The position numbers and the translations under genes are program-made. Below, in pieces: positions 40,222 to 49,458 of a stretch of DNA of 64,000 nt. This stretch comes from a virus. Location of the stretch: IMG/VR virus record IMGVR_UViG_3300020048_000015, positions 96,001 through 160,000 of that record. One strand, 5' to 3'. How positions within the stretch are numbered: position 1 is the stretch's first letter; each line of letters opens with the position of its first letter. The notes under the pieces were generated by a model. That model saw nothing but the letters and a program-made list of their open reading frames with translations, was not told where the DNA came from and searched no databases.

Positions 40222-40716
40222 ATGAAAAAACTAGAACTAAGAATGTATGGTTTAGTTAATTATCAATTAACTGGAATTCAGAAAGGTATTCAATTTGGAC
40301 ACGCAGTTGTTAAATATGGACAGATGATGAAAAAATCTGACTATTATGACCAATCAAAAGTATATGATAAATGGGCAAATGAATATCAAACATTCATTAT
40401 ATTAAATGGTGGAACTACAAATATAAATCAAATAAGTTTAGGAACATTAAATCAACATTTAAAAACATTAAATGATAATGGTATTATATGTGCCGATTTT
40501 TATGAACCTGATTTGGGTGATCAATTAACGGCAATTTCTTTTATTGTCGATGAAAGGGTTTTCAATAAGAAAAAATATCCTGATTATAAAGATAATTATA
40601 TATCTAAAATAATGGGAAGGAATTTTGATATAAACTATCAAAATTGGAAAAAGAAAATTGGTGGTGATAAAAATGTATTCCTTAGAGATTTTATTAGAAA
40701 ATTTAACTTAGCTTAA
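40222..40716 (+). CDS. Peptidyl-tRNA hydrolase II-like phage protein
   Basis: LRMYGLV, GIQFGHA, IILNGG and FYEPDLGDQLTAI. Confidence 0.6.
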   Translation: MKKLELRMYGLVNYQLTGIQKGIQFGHAVVKYGQMMKKSDYYDQSKVYDKWANEYQTFIILNGGTTNINQISLGTLNQHLKTLNDNGIICADFYEPDLGDQLTAISFIVDERVFNKKKYPDYKDNYISKIMGRNFDINYQNWKKKIGGDKNVFLRDFIRKFNLA

Positions 40717-40717
40717 A

Positions 40718-41053
40718 ATGAAGAAATTATTAACAAATTACATGTTCAGATTCCTATTTGAAAAGGGTCGTAATGGTTACAAAAATGGTGATTTATTAGA
40801 ATGTCAAGGTGATTTATTCATTTTTGATGATGAAAATGGAAATCCAAATAGCCTTAAATATTTTTTCAAACAAAATGGCTTTTGGAATTATATAAAAGCA
40901 AAAGATGGTAGCATCTATAATTTAGATAAAGAAAGGTTTCTAAATAGCGATGATTGTAATTCACAAGGATATAAAGGACTTGAATATTATAAAAACTCAA
41001 TAAGAGAAGCTAATGAACAAGAAATTGAAATTTATAAAAAGCTAAAAAGCTAA
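40718..41053 (+). CDS. Hypothetical protein
   Basis: 111-aa ORF tiling in an operon. Confidence 0.6.
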   Translation: MKKLLTNYMFRFLFEKGRNGYKNGDLLECQGDLFIFDDENGNPNSLKYFFKQNGFWNYIKAKDGSIYNLDKERFLNSDDCNSQGYKGLEYYKNSIREANEQEIEIYKKLKS

Positions 41054-41111
41054 TAATTTTTAAACAAACCAAAAATAATTTGTATAACCATTACAAACTA
41101 AATTTTAAAAT

Positions 41112-43214
41112 ATGATTAACGAAATTAAAGATAAGGAATTAGATCCACTTAAAATGGCAATGGATGATGATGATTTTGATTCTGATAAATATAAATCAGC
41201 CAGGAAACCAACTGATTCTAAATCAAAAACACCTGTATTAGATTCTTTCAGTAGAGATTTAACAAAATTAGCAGACGAAGGTAAAATAGATCCAATAATT
41301 GGTAGAGAAAAAGATATTCAGAGAATGTCACAAATTCTATCAAGAAGAAAGAAATCAAATCCAATTATTATTGGAGAACCCGGTACGGGCAAATCTGCAT
41401 TAGCAGAAGGACTTGCACTAAAGATAATCCAAAGAAAATGTTCAAGAAATCTTTTCGGTAAAAGAATAGTTTCATTGGATCTTGCTGCTTTAGTTAGTGG
41501 AACAAAATATCGTGGTCAGTTTGAAGAAAGGCTTAAAGCAGTAATGAATGAAGTTGAAAAATGTGCTGATGTTATTCTATTCATTGATGAAATCCATACT
41601 ATAATTGGTGCTGGTGGAACATCTGGATCACTTGATGCAGCTAATATAATTAAACCAGCTCTTGCAAGAGGTGAAGTACAAGTTATTGGTGCAACAACAC
41701 TTGATGAATATAGAAAACATATTGAAAAAGATGGTGCATTAGAAAGAAGATTCCAAAAAGTAGTAATTGAACCTTCAACAGAAGAAGAATCTATTTTAAT
41801 TTTGGAAAATTTAAAGGATAAATATGAAGAACATCATAATGTAATTTATACACAGGAAGCAATAATAGCTTGTGTTGAACTTACATCAAGATTCCTTACT
41901 GATAGACATCTACCTGATAAAGCATTAGATGCATTAGATGAAGCTGGATCACGTGTTCAAATTTCTGATGTTGAAATTCCTAAAGAAATTATTGATATTG
42001 AAGAAAAAATAAATGAAATAAAATCAATGAAAATTGATTTTGTAAGAAGACAAGAATATGAAAAAGCAGGTGAATTAAGAGATGTAGAAAAAAATCTACA
42101 AGATAATTTAGAATTTGCTAGACTAAAATGGGAAGAAGAACAAAAAAAATATAAGAAAACTGTAACAGAAGAAAATGTTGCAGAAGTAGTATCAATGATG
42201 AGTGGTATTCCACTAACCAAAGTTTCGCAAAATGAGAATAAAAAACTTTCAAAGATGTTTGAAAGCCTATCAGGTAAAGTTATTGGTCAAGATGAAGCCG
42301 TTAGAAAAGTTGTTAAAGCTATACAAAGAGGTAGAGTTGGTATGAAAGATCCAAATAAGCCACTTTTTTCTGGACTATGTGTTGGTGCAAGTGGAGTTGG
42401 AAAGACACATTTAGCTAAACAATTAGCCAAATATCTATTTGATTCAGAAGAATCTATGCTTAGACTGGATATGTCTGAATATATGGAAAAGATTGCTGTT
42501 AATAAAATACATGGTTCACCAAGTGGATATGTTGGTTATGAAGATTCAACTTTTCTTGATAGAGTAAGAAGAAAACCTTATTCAGTTATTCTTCTTGATG
42601 AAATTGAAAAAGCACATCCAGAAGTATTTAACTTATTCTTGCAAGTATTTGATGATGGTCATATGACTGATTCACATGGTAGAAAAGTTAGTTTTAAAAA
42701 TTGTGTTATTTTAATGACATCTAATGTTGGTGTAAGAACTTTAAGAGAATTTGGAACTGGTGTTGGATTTAATACACAAAATAAATCTAAAAATAATGAA
42801 AGTGAAGTTAAAGGCATTCTTGAAAAAGAATTGAAGAAAAAATTTGCACCCGAATTTATTAATAGATTGGATGAAATTATTTACTTCAAAGATTTAGATA
42901 GAGTTGATATTATTAAAGTTGTTGAACTTGAACTTAATAAAACAATTAGTAGAGCACGTGATATTGGCTACGAAATTGAATTGGATGAACTTCTAAAGGA
43001 ACATCTTGTTGAAGTTGGATATGATAAGGAATTTGGTGCAAGGCCTCTTAAAAGAGCTATTCAGAAATGGATTGATGATGTTTTAACTGAATTCATAATT
43101 GATAATGATCCACCTAAAGGAAAGCTTTTTATGACTTATGATAAAGAAAACGAAGTAACAAAAATAACAATTGAAGTAAAAAAGACTTCTAAGAAGAAAA
43201 AGAATGTAGAATAA
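41112..43214 (+). CDS. clpC: ClpC-like AAA+ unfoldase lacking the Clp N-domain
   Basis: DPIIGR, GEPGTGKS, LFIDEIH, GATTLDEY, UVR coil (RRQEYEKAGELRD), GASGVGKT, GVGF loop and GARPLKR. Confidence 0.92.
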   Translation: MINEIKDKELDPLKMAMDDDDFDSDKYKSARKPTDSKSKTPVLDSFSRDLTKLADEGKIDPIIGREKDIQRMSQILSRRKKSNPIIIGEPGTGKSALAEGLALKIIQRKCSRNLFGKRIVSLDLAALVSGTKYRGQFEERLKAVMNEVEKCADVILFIDEIHTIIGAGGTSGSLDAANIIKPALARGEVQVIGATTLDEYRKHIEKDGALERRFQKVVIEPSTEEESILILENLKDKYEEHHNVIYTQEAIIACVELTSRFLTDRHLPDKALDALDEAGSRVQISDVEIPKEIIDIEEKINEIKSMKIDFVRRQEYEKAGELRDVEKNLQDNLEFARLKWEEEQKKYKKTVTEENVAEVVSMMSGIPLTKVSQNENKKLSKMFESLSGKVIGQDEAVRKVVKAIQRGRVGMKDPNKPLFSGLCVGASGVGKTHLAKQLAKYLFDSEESMLRLDMSEYMEKIAVNKIHGSPSGYVGYEDSTFLDRVRRKPYSVILLDEIEKAHPEVFNLFLQVFDDGHMTDSHGRKVSFKNCVILMTSNVGVRTLREFGTGVGFNTQNKSKNNESEVKGILEKELKKKFAPEFINRLDEIIYFKDLDRVDIIKVVELELNKTISRARDIGYEIELDELLKEHLVEVGYDKEFGARPLKRAIQKWIDDVLTEFIIDNDPPKGKLFMTYDKENEVTKITIEVKKTSKKKKNVE

Positions 43215-43253
43215 ATTAAAAAAGCCTATCAAATTTGATAGGCTTTTTTAATT
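43214..43253. terminator. Perfect 40-bp palindrome / bidirectional terminator
   Basis: aattaaaaaagcctatcaaa|tttgataggcttttttaatt. Confidence 0.8.
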
Positions 43254-43833
43254 ATAAATAAGTATATCCTTTTATTTCTTTTGGCAATTTTATATTTTGA
43301 TTATAATATTCATTAAAATCCATTAATGCTTCTTCTAAAAGGTGTTTAACTATTTTACCATCTTTTCTTAGAAAATTATATGTTTCTTGGTATTCTAAAT
43401 ATATATTAACATCTTCATCAAATAATTTCACTATTCTTTTTATTGGATTATCATCAAAATAAAAATATTTACCTACTTCTATAGGAAAACCTTCTAAACT
43501 TATTAAATTATTACGATTACAGTTAAAAGAATTAACTATATTAGGACCACCTATTAAATTTGTTAATTTATTATCATAACAATAAAAATGTCTTCCGACT
43601 TCTTTAGGACATCCTTCTAAACTAGTTAATTCATTCCAAGAACAATCAAACCAACCTGAAACTTTATTGAATTTTATTGGAAGTTTAGTTAAAAATTTAT
43701 TACCTAAATTAACATTCCCATCTACGTCAATAGATCCATCTGGATTTATTGTGTAGTTTTTTATTCCATATTTTTTACAAATCTTATCAATTTCTGTTTG
43801 ATCAAAGTTTTCAAATAGTTTTAAGTATTTCAT
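43252..43833 (-). CDS. MKYLKLFENF-leader LRR protein (3 repeats)
   Basis: NYTINPDGSIDV N-cap; LEGCP repeats; C-cap ending GYTYL; TAATATATA at 43839-43847. Confidence 0.8.
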   Translation of the reverse strand: MKYLKLFENFDQTEIDKICKKYGIKNYTINPDGSIDVDGNVNLGNKFLTKLPIKFNKVSGWFDCSWNELTSLEGCPKEVGRHFYCYDNKLTNLIGGPNIVNSFNCNRNNLISLEGFPIEVGKYFYFDDNPIKRIVKLFDEDVNIYLEYQETYNFLRKDGKIVKHLLEEALMDFNEYYNQNIKLPKEIKGYTYL

Positions 43834-43887
43834 ATTATTATATATTAAAAATTAAAAAACATAATTTAATTTAACTATATAAAAAAT

Positions 43888-45813
43888 ATGAATAAACAAG
43901 AAAAAATAAATAAATTAGAAGAACTAAAGAAAAAAGCTTATGATCTTAAAATAGAAATTGAATATTATAATGCTTTACAATTAGCACTTAAATTAGTTCT
44001 CAATGGCGCATATGGTGCATTTGCTACAAATTATTTTATATTATTTAATAATTATGTTGCAGGAACAATTACAGCAGAAGGTAGAAACTTAACAAAAACG
44101 ATGAGTGATGTTAATGAATATTATTGGTATAATTTATGGCACATCGAAACTTGGTTACACGAAAAATTAAAAATTAAAAATGTAAAACAAATACCAACTA
44201 CAAAACCTGCCAGTATTTATGGTGACACCGATAGTTGTCATAAAGACACCTTAATAAGAACTGATAAAGGTATTCTAACAATAGAAGATTTTTATAATTT
44301 AAATATTAAAAATGGTTCAGCTGGTGAAACAAAAAATGGACACGAATCCGTTTCAACTGCTGAAAAAGTATTAAATTGGAATAATGATCTTTACTATGCT
44401 GATGTAAGAAGAATAATAAGACATGAAGTATCTAAACCAAAATGGAAGTTAAAAACTAAATCAGGGAAAGAAATTATTATTACAGGTGATCATTCAATGG
44501 TTGTTTTTAGAAATGGTGAACAAAAAATTTTTAAACCCTCTGAAATTTTAAAAAGTGATAAAATTCTAAGTTTAAAAGAAGTTAGTGAATATATTTTTGA
44601 AGAAATAGAATTTTGTGAACAAATTGGAGATTTTGAAAATGAATATGTATATGATATTGAAATGGATGATGATACACATACATTTATAGCAAATGATATA
44701 CTTATACATAATTCAATTTTTGTAGGATTTGAACCAGCTATTGAATCTTGTGATTGGAAGAATTTGATTTTTAACAAAGATTATTTAAATAAAGAAACTA
44801 AAAAATTTAGTATAATATCTAAAACCCCTTTAAACATTAAAATAAACAATAACAATTATTTATCAGAAATAATTGTTTCTGATAAAGTTTTTGAATCAGA
44901 TGAATCTATAAGAAGTTCATTCAATAGTGAAGTTTTATATATTGATGGTTCATTAATTAAAAATTGGGACTTTAATAAAATACTAAAGGATTATAAAGGT
45001 GAAGTCTTTTATAATTGGAATAATGAATTAGATTTTATACACGGAATTGATAAATTTAGATATGCAGATTATTTCAAAACTTGTTTAGATAACCACGCAA
45101 GTGCTTATGGTATTGAAAATAAACAGGATTTTGAATTGGAAAGGGTTTCCGAATCAATTATTAATATTGCAAAGAAAAAGTATATACAACATATTGTTTA
45201 TGAAGATGGTATTCCATATGATAGATTAACATATATATTCCCAAAAGGTGTTGAACTTGTTAGATCATCAACACCATTATTTGCAAGAGATAAAATTGTA
45301 GGTATTGTTAAATATCTATTTGAACATCCAGATAATTTTAATATTAAAGAGTTACTAAAATTAGTAAAGAATCTAAAGAAAGAGTTTGATTTATGTGTTC
45401 CAGATAGAATTGATGAAATATCAATGCAATCATCATGTTCAAACTATAATGAAAAGTGTCTTAATGATAAAGAAAAATTGGATTTCGTAAGTGGTGCTCA
45501 CTTTGCAGTCAAAGCTTCTGGTTATTATAATTATCTATTACATAGAAACAGCAATCTTCATGAAAAATATGAGTTTATCAAATCAGGTTCTAAGATAAAA
45601 TATTACTATGTAAAGGATAAATCAATAAATGATATATTTGCTTATTTAAGGGGTGCTTATCCAATTGAAATGGCACCGGAAATAGATTTAGAGACACAAT
45701 TTGAAAAGTGCATTCTATCACCTATAAATTCAATTATAGAACCATTAGGATTACCATTAATTACTAAAAGATTAAGTGTGGTAATGGATATCTTTGGTGG
45801 TAATGGGTTTTAA
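43888..45813 (+). CDS. gp43: Family-B DNA polymerase, C-terminal (fingers/palm/thumb) subunit of a split gene, intein-containing
   Basis: KLVLNGAYG (motif B), ITAEGR, YGDTD|S (motif C), KKKY and KGVELVRSSTP; no exonuclease domain or motif A. Confidence 0.9.
   Translation: MNKQEKINKLEELKKKAYDLKIEIEYYNALQLALKLVLNGAYGAFATNYFILFNNYVAGTITAEGRNLTKTMSDVNEYYWYNLWHIETWLHEKLKIKNVKQIPTTKPASIYGDTDSCHKDTLIRTDKGILTIEDFYNLNIKNGSAGETKNGHESVSTAEKVLNWNNDLYYADVRRIIRHEVSKPKWKLKTKSGKEIIITGDHSMVVFRNGEQKIFKPSEILKSDKILSLKEVSEYIFEEIEFCEQIGDFENEYVYDIEMDDDTHTFIANDILIHNSIFVGFEPAIESCDWKNLIFNKDYLNKETKKFSIISKTPLNIKINNNNYLSEIIVSDKVFESDESIRSSFNSEVLYIDGSLIKNWDFNKILKDYKGEVFYNWNNELDFIHGIDKFRYADYFKTCLDNHASAYGIENKQDFELERVSESIINIAKKKYIQHIVYEDGIPYDRLTYIFPKGVELVRSSTPLFARDKIVGIVKYLFEHPDNFNIKELLKLVKNLKKEFDLCVPDRIDEISMQSSCSNYNEKCLNDKEKLDFVSGAHFAVKASGYYNYLLHRNSNLHEKYEFIKSGSKIKYYYVKDKSINDIFAYLRGAYPIEMAPEIDLETQFEKCILSPINSIIEPLGLPLITKRLSVVMDIFGGNGF
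44233..44712 (+). mobile_element. 160-aa mini-intein in PolB motif C
   Basis: Starts SCHKDTLIRT after YGDTD; block B ITGDHS; ends YVYDIEM...FIANDILIHN followed by Ser; no LAGLIDADG motif. Confidence 0.9.
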
Positions 45814-45814
45814 C

Positions 45815-45853
45815 AAAAAAAAGTTTGGGTTTTTAAAAACCCAAACTTTTTTT
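45815..45853. terminator. Bidirectional terminator
   Basis: aaaaaaagtttgggttttt / aaaaacccaaacttttttt. Confidence 0.8.
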
Positions 45854-46694
45854 AATTAAAATAATCACTTGATAAAAGTTCATAATATAACATATCATCT
45901 ATTGGAACATTATAATATGAAATTCCACCAAAATTTATTACTTCAACATTATCACCAATAAATATAGCACTTTCATATCTTGAATTATCAAATACCACTA
46001 CTAAATAATCTGTTTTTATTTTAGTATAACCACCATTAATGGATATTTTAAAACTATTATCACCTTTAATTATAGATGCACCTTTTTTTACTTGAATAGT
46101 ATATCTTTTTCTATCAACAAAAAAGATTCCATCAACACCATTTATATCTTGATTGTGAGTAGGTGGTAGTATTTTAATACTACTATTATAAGTATCTTTT
46201 ATCCATTTGGTGAAAAATTTATATCCTACTTTTTCCATATCATCACCTTTTTTAGATTTTTCCATCATAAAATCTAAAATTGCCTGAAAATTCTTTCCGT
46301 TTGGATTAAATAATTCTTCTTGATATATAAGTATATAAGCTTCATACTCCTTTGCATTTCTTATTATTATATCATCTTGTTGTTCGGCTAACTGTATAAT
46401 AAATAAAACTAACATTCTATTATCAAAGAATTTACTTATTATATTATCGAAATTAACACCATTAAACACATTTCCTGTTTTTTTAGGAAATTGATTTCTC
46501 ATAATATCTTTCATTATTTCAAATTTTTCAGTTGACTGTTCTTCTGAAAAATATAATGTTCGCTTGTTAGTACCATCTACTGTAATATTAAATCCAGGTT
46601 TCATTCTTCTTTCCTTTTTAATCTCTTCTGGTTCTTCCGTTGGTTCTTGATTATTTAGATTTTCTAAAAATTTATCATATTTTAATAATTTCAT
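45852..46694 (-). CDS. Leader-bearing (MKLLKYDKFLEN) protein with PD-(D/E)XK-like C-terminus
   Basis: QDINGVDGIFFVDRKRYTIQVK. Confidence 0.55.
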   Translation of the reverse strand: MKLLKYDKFLENLNNQEPTEEPEEIKKERRMKPGFNITVDGTNKRTLYFSEEQSTEKFEIMKDIMRNQFPKKTGNVFNGVNFDNIISKFFDNRMLVLFIIQLAEQQDDIIIRNAKEYEAYILIYQEELFNPNGKNFQAILDFMMEKSKKGDDMEKVGYKFFTKWIKDTYNSSIKILPPTHNQDINGVDGIFFVDRKRYTIQVKKGASIIKGDNSFKISINGGYTKIKTDYLVVVFDNSRYESAIFIGDNVEVINFGGISYYNVPIDDMLYYELLSSDYFN

Positions 46695-46710
46695 AATTAG
46701 CTAATTTTTT

Positions 46711-47355
46711 TTAAATATAAGTATATCCTTCTATTTCTTTTGGTAATTCAACCTGTTTATTATAAAAGTCATTATAGTCCTTTAAAGCTTCTATTAATAA
46801 GTGTTTAACAATTTTACAATCCTTTCTTAGAAAATTATATGTTTCTTGATATTCTAAATAATTCTCAACACCATTAAATAAAGATATTATTGGACCTATT
46901 GGATTTTGGGCAAACCCAAGACCACCACCAACTTCTTTAGGACAACCATCTAAACTGGTTAAGTTATTCCTTGCACAATTAAAATTCCTACCTATGTAAT
47001 TAGCATTACCTTCAAGACTTATTAGGTTATTAATGTAACAATTAAAATCTTCGCCAACATAATTTGGACAACCAATTAAATTAGTTAATTGATTATTATT
47101 ACAAAGAAAATCTTCACCAACATAATTTGGACAACCTTCTAATGTGGTTAATTTATTAACAGAACAATCAAATTCCCCAGAAACTCTATTAAATTTAAGT
47201 GGTAACTTGGTTAATTCTTCGTTACATATACCAACATCACCATCTACATCAATAGATCCATCTGGATTTATAGTATAGTTTTCTATACCATATTCTTCAC
47301 AAATATCATCAATTTCAGATGAATCAAAATTTTCAAATAGTTTTATGTATTTCAT
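46711..47355 (-). CDS. MKYIKLFENF-leader LRR protein (4 repeats)
   Basis: Paralog of 43252..43833 with the same N- and C-caps. Confidence 0.8.
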   Translation of the reverse strand: MKYIKLFENFDSSEIDDICEEYGIENYTINPDGSIDVDGDVGICNEELTKLPLKFNRVSGEFDCSVNKLTTLEGCPNYVGEDFLCNNNQLTNLIGCPNYVGEDFNCYINNLISLEGNANYIGRNFNCARNNLTSLDGCPKEVGGGLGFAQNPIGPIISLFNGVENYLEYQETYNFLRKDCKIVKHLLIEALKDYNDFYNKQVELPKEIEGYTYI

Positions 47356-47418
47356 ATCTATATATATTAAAATTATTTTATTATGTATTTCATATCTATA
47401 TATATTAAAATTATTTTA
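47343..47418. repeat. Perfect 38-bp tandem duplication of promoter plus start codon
   Basis: ttatgtatttcatatctatatatattaaaattatttta twice (47343-47380 and 47381-47418). Confidence 0.9.
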
Positions 47419-47491
47419 CGAAGAATATAGGTTTTAATAAAAAAGAAAATGAATTTTTAAGATATATATATATATAAAATATATCCTTAAA

Positions 47492-47770
47492 ATGAATATT
47501 AAAAAACACGAATTATACCCAATATATCTTTTTTATTTAGAAGCAAAAAACCTAAGCAATGGTCATAGAAAATTAGCAGAAATATCAAAAGATATGTTTG
47601 TTGAATTTGAAAATAGATATATTAATGAACCAACATATAAAGATAAAATAGATTCTTTATACCTACCAATAAAAAGAAACAATATAATAGATTCTACAAT
47701 TGGTGAAGAAGAATTTGAAATTATTACAGAACATAATAAAATATCTGATGATGATTTCTTTGATTTTTAA
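47492..47770 (+). CDS. Small hypothetical protein
   Basis: 92 aa; KRNNIIDSTI motif; acidic tail DDDFFDF. Confidence 0.65.
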   Translation: MNIKKHELYPIYLFYLEAKNLSNGHRKLAEISKDMFVEFENRYINEPTYKDKIDSLYLPIKRNNIIDSTIGEEEFEIITEHNKISDDDFFDF

Positions 47771-47787
47771 TTTTAATATATAATAGT

Positions 47788-48183
47788 ATGAAATACTTAA
47801 AACTTTTTGAAAACTTTGATGATAATAAAGGATATGAACTTATATCTTCTAGTGTGTATTATGATATTGAAAATATTAAATCAATTAATATAAATGATAA
47901 AATATTAGATATTATAAAAAATAAAAAGACAGAAAAAGTAAAATCACTAACTAAGGTTCGAATTGTGACTCCTAAAAATGATTTAATTACACAAGATGAA
48001 GAAAAAATAACACCTGCTACTTATTTTGGAGTCACAATTCGAACCTTTCATCACGAAATAGCTATTGATCAAGTAGAAGATTATTATTATTTTGTTGGTA
48101 TTGATGATGAAATATTTTATAAATGTGATCAAGATGAAGGATTATTAGAACTCTTAAAAGAATTAGGTATAATATATGAATAA
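47788..48183 (+). CDS. Hypothetical protein with MKYLKLFENF leader
   Basis: Leader plus TAATATATA at 47774-47782. Confidence 0.7.
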   Translation: MKYLKLFENFDDNKGYELISSSVYYDIENIKSININDKILDIIKNKKTEKVKSLTKVRIVTPKNDLITQDEEKITPATYFGVTIRTFHHEIAIDQVEDYYYFVGIDDEIFYKCDQDEGLLELLKELGIIYE

Positions 48184-48628
48184 AGAATATGAAATTAAAC
48201 TGAATCTAATTTTAGATAAAGTTAATAAATCTGGTGCTAAATCACTTACTAAAATAGAAAAGAAGTTCTTAGAAGCATACTCAAAATCTGATGAAAATGA
48301 ACTAAACTATCTTGAATATGTTGATCATCAAAAAACATTTACATCAAATGATGGTAATTTAACATTTAAATATTCACATCTAAAATATGAAGACGAAGCT
48401 ATACATTATTATGGTTACATCATAGTCCCAGATTTAATCTTGAAAAATGGAAAAATAATAGATGGTGAAATTTGGGGATATATAATGGCTTATGGTAAAG
48501 GCGAAATAAAACCAATTTTTACTAAGAAAAAATACGATGTATTAGATTTTTGTTCCGGAATTGAATATGAACTTGATTTTTTTTTAGAATATGTCATTTT
48601 TACAATTGATGACGAAAAACCAAAATAA
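48176..48628 (+). CDS. Hypothetical protein with N-terminal DUF6576-like motif
   Basis: LNLILDKVNKSGAKSLTKIEKKFL. Confidence 0.6.
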   Translation: MNKEYEIKLNLILDKVNKSGAKSLTKIEKKFLEAYSKSDENELNYLEYVDHQKTFTSNDGNLTFKYSHLKYEDEAIHYYGYIIVPDLILKNGKIIDGEIWGYIMAYGKGEIKPIFTKKKYDVLDFCSGIEYELDFFLEYVIFTIDDEKPK

Positions 48629-48663
48629 AATATTAATATATAAATAAAATATAACATACTATT

Positions 48664-49458
48664 ATGAAAATCAAAAACTTTGGACAGTTTAAAAAAATAT
48701 ATGAAAATTCAGAAGAAATTATAGATGATGCCGAATTTTCAACTGCACCAACAATAAAACCAGGAACACCTACTAAACCTGCAACACCAACTAAACCATT
48801 AACACCGGGTATAGAACAACCATCTATATCACCTGGACCAAAAGCACAACAACCTGTTAATATTGATCAAATGTTAGAAGAATTAGCAATGGAATTAGGT
48901 GCTAAAAAAACAAGTAATAAAATTAATTATAATGGAAAATTAATTGAATTCTATTCAGAACCAATGTCATTTGCAATTAATGGTAAAATAAATGTTATGG
49001 TTAATGGAACTAAAACACAACTTAAAACTGTTGAAGAAGTAATTAATTATTTAATGGATAGTCAAGCACAAACACAAACATTAACTGAATCTAAAAAAAA
49101 AACAAAAATGGTAAAAGAATCTAATAAATTCAAAGGATATTATATAATTGGTTATGGTCTTAGTGGTGGATTCGGTGGAATCCGTGATTATGAAGTAATT
49201 GAAGCATCAAGTCAAGAAGAAGCTGATGATTATGCATATGAAAGATCTTGTGAATATTATGAAAATTATGTTGGTATGTACGGATTGCGTGATGTTGGTC
49301 AAATAATGGAAGAAGATGATATTGAAGATGAAGAAGAAGCCGAAGAATACTATAGAGAAGAAATGGAATCTTGGTTAGAATATGTGGCTTTTCCATACAC
49401 AAAAGAAAAAGCAAATGAATTAGAACCATTTGATCATTTTAAATTATCAGAAAAATAA
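48664..49458 (+). CDS. Leader-bearing (MKIKNFGQFKKIYEN) protein with Pro/Thr-rich linker and acidic C-domain
   Basis: TAATATATA at 48634-48642; KPGTPTKPATPTKP; internal LTE/KES sites. Confidence 0.7.
   Translation: MKIKNFGQFKKIYENSEEIIDDAEFSTAPTIKPGTPTKPATPTKPLTPGIEQPSISPGPKAQQPVNIDQMLEELAMELGAKKTSNKINYNGKLIEFYSEPMSFAINGKINVMVNGTKTQLKTVEEVINYLMDSQAQTQTLTESKKKTKMVKESNKFKGYYIIGYGLSGGFGGIRDYEVIEASSQEEADDYAYERSCEYYENYVGMYGLRDVGQIMEEDDIEDEEEAEEYYREEMESWLEYVAFPYTKEKANELEPFDHFKLSEK

Noticed and set aside
44233-44712. Homing endonuclease within the intein
   Set aside because: Only 160 aa, with no LAGLIDADG or HNH motif
30032-47355. Diversity-generating retroelement acting on the LRR genes
   Set aside because: No reverse transcriptase and no near-identical TR/VR pair with adenine-specific differences were seen in the window
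47460-47480. (TA)n run upstream of ORF 47492 as a regulatory microsatellite
   Set aside because: Short and expected in this AT-rich intergenic DNA
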